From positions 2,414,331 through 2,478,330 of the forward strand of contig NW_003526948.1 of NCBI RefSeq assembly GCF_000181795.1: a DNA stretch of 64,000 nucleotides. The letters are read 5' to 3'. The first letter of the stretch is position 1; each line of letters begins with the position of its first letter. Below, one piece after another: positions 13,801 to 25,076 of the stretch. A program made the position numbers and the translations under genes. The stretch is from Trichinella spiralis (lineage: Eukaryota). Below the pieces are notes generated by a model. It saw only the letters and a list, made by a program, of their open reading frames with translations. It did no database searches and had not been told where the DNA came from.

Positions 13801-14282
13801 AATAAATGACTCGATAAATGAGAAAATAATGACAGAAATTTTATTTCAAATCAGTGTAATAAATGCTTACAGCTGTTATGATGTTATTTGGGATTTATTT
13901 ACAAGTCTATTAATGTAAATAAAATGAATGTCAAATCAATGCTGCTGTTGGAGAGAGTGGCTTAATTAAGTTTTATACATCATTTCTACAACTCCATGAC
14001 GTCCTCATAATTTCAACTGTTATAGATTGGTTAAAAATGAACCAATCAAATCGTTTTCTGAACTAGCTGAAACTGCATATTTTAAGTGACGGGTTGTTTC
14101 TTTCTTCATTATCTGAGGGTTCGTGACGACTAGAGTCTGTGCATTCATTTGCGCCAGATTGGAAAAACTGTCCATTGTTCCAAGCGCACATACCTGGTTT
14201 TGAACACTCTGCTAAAAAAAAACGGTATTCGTGATCCTAATCTGTTTTGTCACTTTTTCTGCATTAAGAGTTAAAAAACAAG

Positions 14283-17200
14283 ATGTTGAGTGCAAGTGTG
14301 ATGAAAATGATAAAAAAATCAGAAAGCATACGAGAAAAGGATAATGTAAAAAAGCAGAAATTGCGCAACAAATATAAGCGGAGTTATACAGAGGATATTC
14401 CATCAAGTTCTGATGACAAATCACCTCACCTTCGCCCAAGCAGTTTGCAGTCTTCAATAGTGAAAGAAGAAACACCTCCACTAGAGCGTGAATTACCAGC
14501 AGAATCAGAGTTGCCCCGAGATTCTGAATTACCAGCAAGCCAGCACCCAAAGCCTCAGCAGTCTGTTAGTATTGAAGTTCTTCAAAAACGGTTGTCGCAT
14601 GTGACTCTTCTTGAAAGCCAAGAAACGGTAAGTCTATTTTTTTACCTTTTATCGTAATCATAAATCACTGTGTAGAGTTACTTTTATACTAAAGTGTGTT
14701 ATGATGTATCAGCGACAGAACAAAAGATGCAGCTTCTTCATAACTAATATAAACAATATAACATAACTAATATATATGGAAACAAAACGTAATCTTTGCA
14801 TTATTTAGTCAAATGGTCCGAATTTTAGCAAACAGTGCGTTGATTCAAAAAGCCAATCACAGATAGTTTACTTTCTTACTCTAATTTGTCGTTGCCAAAA
14901 CACCAAGTGTCTTGCTTATTATCAACGCTATCATGTAAAAAACACATCACAAAATATATCACTTACTAACTTATTAAAAATGAAAAAAATGAAGTAAATT
15001 GTTTTATTCAGTTTATTTAATAATATAACAGCTTTGTTACAAATGGATCTACTCATGGAACATCAACTCAGAATAGCTATTTTGGTGTCTTTTTATAGAT
15101 TCATAAGAAAGGAATTTAATAGTTACCTTAATGTTCAGGGAAAATATGAGTTAAAATACAACATTAATAAAAGTGTTACGTATTTTCTTTTGAAATGAAT
15201 GCAAAACGCACTAAATACTCAACGTGTTTCAGTTGAACATTTAATCCACTGGAATAAATATTTGAGAGTTGTGTACAGTAAATGGAAAATTTCTTGAACA
15301 CTGCTTTGAAATGTAATGTACTATTTTCTTAGAAGTATTAAATGAAAATTTTCAAATGAACGTTTTCAAATGTTGCATGCTTCAATTGTTATAAAATGCA
15401 TTAGAGATTGATAAATGACAAAGTTGAGCGTGAAAGCAAATATTTTAATTGAAAATGCGTTTAAATAAACGCCTCTCAGCTTCCCCATGCAGCAGCTATT
15501 TTATGCATCAGTTATGTGCAGTCGGAGGATAGTTAAATAAATTGTATTAGCACTGAACTTGATGAATGTTCTTTGCTTTCATAAAATTATAACTTTATAA
15601 AATGATGATTTTGTGGTGTCGTTTTGTGCTGTTTAACACTAGCATCTGTTTTAATGCAGTGTAATGATTGAATAAATTTATTTTAATTGATATATTTGCA
15701 GAGATGTTTTCACACGTTGGTAAGAAAGACATGAATTTTTCATGAATCGATAAAATTAAATGAAACACAGAATTGGCAAATTTTCATTTGCATTGCAAAT
15801 GCCTGAAATTTAGACGAATCTGTTTATTGTTTTCACAGTCAAAAATTTATCAAAAATGGCAATTCATAAAAATTTGTCACATAAAAGAAAAATTTTTAAT
15901 TCAAGCTTCAAGTTTCTGAAACTAAATTTTCTTGAGCATTTTTATAAGTTGGTAACAAATTATGAGGAAGTTTTACCTGGCACATTTCAAGCAATAAACA
16001 AACACGTTTTAACGATAAAACTGGAGAAATATGTTGAAATTTTTTTGAGGCATTTTCAAAATTTCCCAATAATTATTTTGGAAGAATGTTCGCAAAGAGA
16101 ATAAATCTTTTAAGAATTTGCCCTTTTTGCAGTCAGTTTTCATTGACTGCTCTCTGAAATTTGTAAATTTTCAATGCTGCATGTCATTACGCTTTGGTTC
16201 ATCAATTTTAGTGCACTTGCTTTTCAAAAAGTTTTTCTCCATGTCCCAAACGTGTAATACTTGAATAGCTCACTTGAAACCTTTACATTTTAAATTTTAC
16301 TTAGCTTTTATGATAATATGTGACACTGCAGAATTCAGCAAAATTCTTTTATAAAAGTGGGCATTATTAATTTATCAAAAAAATTATCAGGCAGTTCTTT
16401 TTATAAGTGACAACTTTTAGCGATTAATGCACAATTGAAATGATGAAAAATATGCCTAATTTATAATAAGGCCAATAAATTATCATGAACTTTTCTTTGT
16501 TTCTTTTACTGATATTTATAATTACGTAGTTATGAAACTGGAATGTAGAAATTATTTTTGGAGAATACAGCATATTTTGAAAAATTAAAGTTAACAAACA
16601 AGCAGGAACTTGTTAAATATTTTTTAATGGTTCATTTTAGCTAATTGTTTTCTGCATTTTAAAAACAATAAAAAATACTACATAACTGAGCTGCTTTGCT
16701 TGCTATAATTCATTTTTTTAATTCTTATGAAGACATCGGGAAATGCATTGTTGCTCGTTCATTGTAAACAAATGTTCCATAGACAAACTTCAGGGTCGGT
16801 TAAAAATATTTTATTAGAACTTTAAATATTTATCTGCTCAGCAGAAGAAAATGGCATGTTTCTTGCCTTTTTCAATAGAAACATGGAAAAAATGTTAATC
16901 CGCTTCAGGCTTGAAAGCTTTCATTTGCGGACCTTAATCAGTCATTAATCAGGAAACACTTCGGTTACACCTGCCAGTAGAATGTTCTGCTTTGCGAAAC
17001 AACCAAACGTCAGACGTTTACTAGAATCTTTTTTCTTCATGTTTCAATTTTGATAAAAAAAGAAAACGAATCAATGGCACAAGCTTTTATTTAAATTAAA
17101 ACTAGCACCACTTATGTCTGTGCTCTTTGCTACAACGGCAAGATTACAGATGTAAAACGTTTGTGCGCAAATAAATATTTCATGTAAAAAAATATCTTAT

Positions 17201-19454
17201 CTTTGCCTTAAATGAATTTTCTGAAGCAGAAATGTAAAATGTACCTTGAATTAGTTTTGTATTTTAGAAATCATCTTTAATAGCAGACCCCCAAGCTGCT
17301 TGGGAATGGATGAGAAAATCTCTAGTAATAAAATCTGTCCCACTGACGAGCATCTACACACCGAAGTCAGATGGATGCTGTCGTATTGTTTGCATATCGG
17401 ACATTTGCGGTAAACATAATCAGTGCCAAATACCTGATGGGGATATTCTTATAGTGGCTGGAAATTTTACAACGTGTGGACATCCTGAAGAAATAAAGGC
17501 TTTCAATAATTTTTTAGGTAACTATACACTTTTATTTCAAAATGTTAAAGTATTTGAGAAATTTTTCAGTTCTAAAAACGTAAGCTAAAAAGATATGTAA
17601 GTACTATAAACTAATTAATAACGTTAATTAAATGTTGACAGCATTGTTGAATTTCTTGTAAAAATGTTTAGTACATATTTATAAAGTGATATGAAAACCA
17701 TTTCCAGTGCTTCTGATTTTAGAATTTATCCTCTGAGTTTATAGACATCAAAATTAACCAGTTTTCAAAGCTGTGCGTGATCGTTATAATTCTATTAAAA
17801 ATATTATGAAAAATTTAAATGAAAGTAATATTTAAATCTGAAAATATATTCGAATTGAATGTAGAATAGAATAAATATAAAGTTGGAATTAAAAGTCATT
17901 TGGAAGCAGTTTGAGGCGAACATTTTGCTTCTAGTAATAAATCTTCCTAACAGCGTAATGCAAATATTTAATCAGTTATAGTAAATTATTTAGCATTGCT
18001 TACTCCACAGAAGTGTCCTTCGAAATCATTTCGTGCACGTTCAGAGTATAATGTTCTAATCAAAAATGTTTAAAATATGCAAAAAGTAGTTTATCATAAA
18101 CAAGTTTACGCCAACTTTTGCATAAAATGAAATGTAAACCTCTATGAAGATCCTCCGTTAAGATTATGATTCATAGCATTAATTGCAGGAACGTTATCTC
18201 ATGAGCACAAAGTTGTCATAGCTGGAGAAAATGAACTAACATTGGATCGTGATTGGCTTCGACACTGCACAAATGCAGGTTGTGGGCCATTTTTTCTTAT
18301 TGAATTTTTTAAATATTGAATGTATCTGTTTCAACAGCCCAGTAAATAAATGCAAATGGTGCAACAAAGAATTATTGAAGATTATTTTAGAATTTATTTT
18401 TAAATTGGTGCTTCAGAATATGCAAATATAATAATTTTGACAAATATTCAGTTTGATACACGTAAATTAGTAATATTGCTATTAATTGTTAATAATAGGA
18501 AAATTAAAAAGCATCGAATTTTAAATCTTTATCGTACGCCATTTTAATTGCAACAGAATAGTCTGTTGAAGATCTGAATAAATTTCATTTTAACAGGAGC
18601 TTTAAAAAGGCGCTCTCGATCAGTGACCACTTTTCGGGATGATTCTTTAAAGCAAACATTAAGCAAAGCTTTGGTAAATAAGCAGATAAGTACAACACAG
18701 GAGCTGCTTACAAACTGCATCTACTTGGAAGATAAAGGCGCTGTTATCAATGGGCTTCGAATTTATGGAACACCTTGGTAAAATGTTATAAACAGAAACG
18801 GTTTACTAACTGTAATGTGTAGACTAGTAAATGATCATGTAATATAACGTAATGATGTGATAAATATGGTATGATATAACATGATATGTTTAGATATAAT
18901 ATGACTAGTGAAGAAATACGCTTTGTCCTATTTATATCTTTCAAATTTCATATAATTTAAAAGTGCTTTTCAGTTGTAAAATTTACAGTCATAAATATGT
19001 ACACATATAAGTTAAGTAATATGCTTTCATACATTTCAGGCAACCTTTTTTAAAGCACATGGCATTTAATATTAGTGATGCACAATTGTTAACGGAAAAG
19101 TGGCTTCTTATTCCAGAAAATATAGACATATTGGTAACACATCTGCCACCACTGGGTTTGCAAAACTGATATTATAATAGCATTGATGATAGCAACAGAT
19201 GATAAGCGAACGATTTTGTCGTAGGTTACTGCGATTTAAAGCGTCCTGGAGTTCATATTGGTTGCGCTGAGCTGCTGCAAATAGTGCTTGATCGTGTTCA
19301 ACCAAGGTTTCATATATTTGGGCAGGCTTCTTACGGATATGGTTGCAGCACTGATGGCAAAATAAATTTTGTAAATGCATGCGTACAAGATGCAGAAGGC
19401 GGATCTCTGAGAGCTGCTATCGTTTTGGACGTCAAATATCATAACCATGCTTAG
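14283..19454 (+). CDS. MPPED1/2 (239FB)-like calcineurin-type metallophosphoesterase-domain protein, probably catalytically inactive
   Basis: Exons 14283-14627, 17268-17517, 18189-18278, 18597-18777, 19040-19155, 19225-19454 are phase-consistent (403 aa). MPPED-like blocks: RIVCISD, IPDGDILIVAG, KVVIAG..EL, LLTNCIYLED, GLRIYGTPWQP, KWLLIPENIDILVTHLPPLG, GCAELL..V..RVQPRFHIFG..YGYG..TDG...FVNA. Joining exon 1 to the rest is inferred from phase. Confidence 0.88.
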
Positions 19455-20269
19455 ATATACTTGTGAAAAGAAGTGGTTGTACGTTACTCGTTGAATTTGA
19501 CTGAAAGGCTTTTTGTCCTTCATTTTTAATATACTGCGCATTTGAAAATTTGATAGAATGTATAATTCTAATTTGTTTATTTGTTAGACAGTTTGGTTTT
19601 ATTCATGATCAGTTATATTAAGGATTATATGGAGGTACATTCATGAAAAGCAAGAAAGTGATGACGAAAAGTTTATGTATTTGTGAATTGTAATTTCATA
19701 ACAATATAATAAAAGTTTTTTGTTCATGTTATAAACTAAATGCTACTATCATATAGAGACTTGTTCAAATTTCGGTACTTATTCATTTTGGTAATTCATA
19801 GGCTATATCTATTTTTCAATTCATTGTTTGATAGAATGAATGCATTTTAGGGAAAATTTCTGTTTTTCTTCTATACACAATATTCTTGTTTAGAATTAAC
19901 GAAGAGTCTGCGGAACAAATTTGCACAGAGTAGAAAGTTACAACCTTTAAAACAATGCATGATGTTTTTCTATTATTTATACAGAAAATAGATCAGATCA
20001 CTTCAAACAGTGACAAATGCATGGCAAAAGCAGGTAACAATTTGGAGGCTAACGCGCTGTTCTAATCTGAATTTTTAAGATGTGTACAACAGTTGTGAAT
20101 TTCATAACCACAAATGAAAACGGCATATTTAACTAAAGCATTTAACTGTTTACAAACGAGTACAACGGATTAAGACATTCAGTGCAGAAGGTTTGAATTT
20201 TCAACAAAGCTCATATCGACGGAACTTTTCAATGATACATTAGAACAATGAAATCAACCTACATTGCTG

Positions 20270-22900
20270 TTAAATAATTATTAATTGTTGCAAATCAAAA
20301 CGGATGCGTTGTAACTGTTCTGTTTGTTGAAAAGCAAACATTTCATGGAATGCGATCTTAATTGCCATGTTTTCCATTGATTACGCATCCGATTGATACC
20401 ACGTCTGTGGCTATTTGGAATTTACTTTCGCTAAATAACAACGATGCAGTGACGATTTGCATAATTAGCATAATATGTAGTCGCCCAGAGTATAAATTCA
20501 TTACAAATGGTATGAAATTAAATAAATTCACAAATGATGTCAAATTATTGGGCTCATGCATGGTATTTGTTCGAGTCTGTAGAGGAATTCCCCAGTATGT
20601 ACAGTGAAAATTATTCCGAGCATCTCAGAAACTACGGCGAATTGTAAAGTAATTTGATGATGAAGCAAACAAATGGGTGCCAATTAAAGGTATGTAAATT
20701 TATAATAACCCATAATTGATGATTTTTTCAGAAATTTGATAAATTTGTCAGTTTCAGCATTTGAAATTTACAGAATTAAAAGACTCTCATATTGCACAAA
20801 AATAGCTTTCCAATGTGATAATTTTGGATAAATATTATCTCTGAATTGTAATAAATTAAAAAAATTCAGTGAACAAAATTTTTAATTTTGAAAGTTACTG
20901 TTGTTTAAATGAAAATCAGGAATAATTCCTATTAAAATAAATTCCTATTTTTGGGTGAAAACACAGAAAATTTCGAAGTAAAAATTAATTAATCCATTCC
21001 ATTTGCACATTTATTTAACTTTTGTTTTCCATTCCATTTCATTTCGACTCCTTTTTATTTAAAATATTATTTTGGTTTCACTGTTTTTCATATATCGCAA
21101 CAAATACCCAATCAGGAGCTGTCGGTATAACTTTATAATAGTTAGCGAATAAATCTCTACCGATATAAATGAATTGTCTTAATTTTTTAAGAAAAAAATT
21201 TTTCTCGAAAATTGCAAAATTTCATGGGCTTCATGATTTGGTTGTTTTCGTGAAAATCAGCGAAAGATCTTTTTCAAAAATTTTGAGTTTTTTTAATTCT
21301 GGACATTCATAATGATTACCAATAATGTTATGTAAAGTTCCATTAGAAACTACCGAATAGTATTCGAATAAATGGGGTCTAAATTTGTCTACTACCTATA
21401 TTAATACATAGGGAATTTGTCCAACAGTAACTCTCTTTCAACGGCAGCAATGACTGCTAATTTCTGCACATGAAACATTTTTCATATCGAATCTATTAGA
21501 TTTTTACTAATCTATCGTTTTTTTACTATCAATTGAATTGAATTTCTAATATAATTGTTTCTAAATAATCACTAATTGCTGCGAAACAAAACGTAAGCGT
21601 TATAAGTGTTTACTTTGCTAAAAAGTAAACATTTCATGAAATGCGGTACCCATTACCATCTATTTCATTTACTAAATTTCTCATTGATACCAAATGTGTG
21701 GCTATTTGAATTCCCTTTTGCAAAGTAACAATGATGTAATGGTGATTTGCATAATCAGTACAATATGCAGTTCCCCAGGGTGAAAATTCATTGAAAATGC
21801 AGTGTAATTAAATAAATTCACAACTCATGTCAAACTATTGGGCTAATGCATGGTATTTGTTCGAATCCTTAAAGACATCCAACAGTTTGTACTGTGAAAC
21901 TTATTCCACGCTTCTCAGAAACTACGGCATATTTCAAAATAATTTTATAAATATTACAAGCAATTGTGTACCATTTTTAGGTATGTAAATTTTCAATAAC
22001 GCGAAATAGATGATTTTTTGAGAAATTTGATAAATTTGCCGGCTTTAGCATTTGAAATTTATAGAATGAAAATACTGGCATATTGTCCGTAAATAGCTTT
22101 CTAATGTGATAATTTTGGATAATTCTTATCTCTGAATTGTAATAAGTCAGAAAAATTCAGTGAACGAAGGTTTTTAATTTTGAAAGTTTCTGTTCTTTAA
22201 TGAAAATCAGGAGCAATTCTTATTAAGGTCAATTAATTTTTTTGGAGAAAAACATTAATAGTTTTGTTGTAAAAATTAATGACATCATTCATTGTTCACA
22301 TTTATTATACTTTTAATTTTTATTCCTATTTATTTCGACTTCGTTAAAATCTTATTTCGGTTTTACTTTTTTTATATATCTTAACAAACGTTCAATCCGG
22401 AGTTGTCGGTATAATTTTATAATAGTTAGCGAATAATTCTCTACCGATATAAATTAATTGCATTAATTTTTGGAGAAAAAAATTTTTCTCGAAAATTGCA
22501 AAATTTCATGGACTATAGACTTGATTGTTTTTGCGAAAATCGGCGAAAATTTTGTTTTCGAAATTTGGAATTTTTTTTGATGTTTTTAGTTTCATATTGA
22601 TAAAATAAAGTGTTTTCTAGAGCTTCAATCCACTCTACGCAGTTGTTGTGGAATAAATGGCCTCTGAATTTGGAATACTGCTTCTCTTAATACATGGGTA
22701 TGCTTCCCACTTTTTTCTGGATATCTCGAAAATTGCAAAATTTCATGGAGTATAGACTTGGTTGTTTTACCAAAAATGAGCGAAAAAGTTTTTTTCAAAA
22801 TTTGTGCTATTTTGTTTGTTATACTCTTATATTAATAAAGGATAGTGTTTTGGAGAATTTCTCCAGAAACTGGGTAGTAAATTTCAGGATGCTGTAAGCA
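20270..22900. repeat. Diverged tandem repeat: two ~1.29-kb units plus a ~240-bp internal sub-duplication
   Basis: 20270-21425 aligns colinearly with 21560-22712 (offset ~1280-1290, roughly three-quarters identical by eye). The block TCTCGAAAATTGCAAAATTTCATGG recurs at ~21203, ~22487 and ~22725, and in the duplicate at ~328 and ~566. Confidence 0.85.
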
Positions 22901-23330
22901 ATAAAGAAAAGTCAGTAGCAAATTTTATTTGAAGAAGATACTTCTGTTTGCTCGATTATTTAAACATTTGCGATAAATCTGCACAAAATCATTTTTCTTG
23001 CATACTTATTTACTGTCTGCGTTTCGTTTCTGGTCTTTTCCTTCCCACTTATATCGTATTTCTCAGCCTTCACTGTTTTCGATAAATAGCCAAAAATATT
23101 TTATACAAATTTCAACTTTTTGTGATTGGTAGATGTTGGCAGTAATGAATAACATCGTTATGGATAGTTTCAACGTACTCTGCCCAATAATTTCGCTATA
23201 AATTGCCTCTAAAGTTAGCGCATTCTGCTCATCTTAATATGTAGTAAAGTTGGCAATCTGTAACTTCCTCGAAAGGCATCTAGCATACGTGATTTTCAGC
23301 GAACATAGCACTTTGGGCATTTGATTTGTT

Positions 23331-23600
23331 TATGCATTAAAATTCAACAACAACGATTATTACCCGATCGTGTCCTAACTCGTGCAGATTTTCACAACTC
23401 ACCTAATCGCCTCAGCCAGCGCAAAACGAAGCTTTACTGCAGTGAAATATCTTAAAAGCTATTTCTGGACTACCATGACAGAAGAACGACTAAACGGATT
23501 TGCCGTAATGTGTACATTCACTCTGACTTTTCCATTGATATTGATCTGGTAATAGAAAAGGTTTTTTTTCAAACGGAATCAAAACTTGCCGTTCTTTCGA
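23331..23600 (+). mobile_element. hAT-family transposase C-terminal dimerisation-domain remnant (copy 2)
   Basis: YALKFNNNDYYPIVS*LVQIFTTHLIASASAKRSFTAVKYLKSYFWTTMTEERLNGFAVM, then after a frameshift YIHSDFSIDIDLVIEKVF..KRN. This is a typical hAT dimerisation region with an in-frame stop and a frameshift. Confidence 0.8.
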
Positions 23601-24039
23601 AATACAATTAAAATTATTACTTTAAAAGCTATTCTATTGCATGATTGAGATGCCAATCATTTTTAATGAAAAAACGGTACTATTTTATTCTTCGTCAGAC
23701 TGTCATGTATAATAATACATGTACATGATAAATCTTTTGTATACTACATCCACCCATCTTTATAAATTAAACGCCTCTGTATGTGTTACATTAAATGAAG
23801 GAATATAATTTGTTTTTACAAAACTATATATATGCACTTCAAGTTTCATTTCTACTTCACAATTAATTTTCTGCTGGTAAAGTATGGTTCGACCGCACAG
23901 GATTTCATAAAACAAGACATTCTGTCTTGCGTCATCCTCAACCTCAGTACATACTACTGATCGTAGCATTTCAAGCACATTCAGATTTTTATGAAAGTGT
24001 CAGTTATGCAAGAATCAGGAAATCAAAGAAAAGCAGCTA

Positions 24040-24450
24040 AGAGCAACATTTCCCGCAGCAATTTTATAAAAAAATCGACTGACTGAGGCTAGGAGAGAGG
24101 AGATAGTAGGGATGGCGTGTAGGTGATGGAGTTGGCAGCTGAAATGGATGTTCGAAGAGGGGAAGGTAGAGAAGAGGTTTTTAGTGTGTAGGTGCAATTT
24201 ATATAAGAATGAGACATGCAAAGTGAACGAATAAAACTCGTCATAGTGACAGCCATTCACACCTGGGACTCGGAAATGAGGGACGTATGATAAAGTAGGC
24301 AGAATTTTTGCGTAAATAGGTGCAAAATAAGGAAGCCGTTTAAAGGAAGTGCATTTGAAGCGGCAATTGGAAAATTGTATCTGATAATCAGGTTGGCATT
24401 TTTGTTAATCTGACGCGGGAATGTGAAGCTTGCAGAAAATCATTAGACGT
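24040..24450 (-). mobile_element. Possible decayed non-LTR retrotransposon (LINE) post-RT fragment
   Basis: Across frames: SASFTFPRQIN (cf. D.KLTF..HI), QKFCLLYHT and FIIRP (cf. K.LLYK..IRP), QLHHLHAIPTISSLL..SRFFYKI (cf. LH..L.IPTI......FF.KL). The pieces are in the expected order, but the resemblance is weak and by eye. Confidence 0.35.
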
Positions 24451-24916
24451 CTCGTTGTGCGCAAACAAGTGCAAATGGGAACAATCACTAACGACATTAT
24501 AATATATCTGGAATTCAGGCCTGAATCACAAAGCAAAAAATTAAGTGTATACAAAAATCTGCAAGTATTAATCTAACTGATGATAGCCGGCTTGACTGCA
24601 GCACAGCTTCAATGTTGTCTGTGAAATAAATACAAATCTCATTTTACATAAATGACGTATTTCTAGCAGGCATTTTTATCTTACATGAGCACATGATACA
24701 AAGCATAAAAGGGAAATAAAGCAGATGGAAAGAGAAAAAAGTAAAAACATCATTTATAATATGAAGTTAAATTACACTTCAAAATAAAATCACGGGTAGA
24801 TAATTAATAATTTGAAGATACTGGTGGGATACATTATTTAATTCGCCAAAAAACGATCCCACCGTTACTAAGTAATACAGAAAAAAAAGAGATGCATAGC
24901 TATTACTTTAATACGG

Positions 24917-25076
24917 NNNNNNNNNNNNNNNNNNNNNNNNNNNNNNNNNNNNNNNNNNNNNNNNNNNNNNNNNNNNNNNNNNNNNNNNNNNNNNNNNNNN
25001 NNNNNNNNNNNNNNNNNNNNNNNNNNNNNNNNNNNNNNNNNNNNNNNNNNNNNNNNNNNNNNNNNNNNNNNNNNNN
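24917..25076. other. Assembly gap (160 N); scattered n follow to ~26205
   Basis: Run of n characters. Confidence 1.

Noticed and set aside
20358..20690. Repeat units as a tandem gene family (ORFs 20362-20607 + and 20358-20561 -; conserved AG|GTATGT)
   Set aside because: Stops interrupt every frame I translated, several at the same position in both copies, so coding constraint is not supported.
21845..21875. GTTCGAATCC T-loop-like motif suggesting a tRNA
   Set aside because: No cloverleaf or acceptor stem can be formed, and the paralogous unit lacks the motif.
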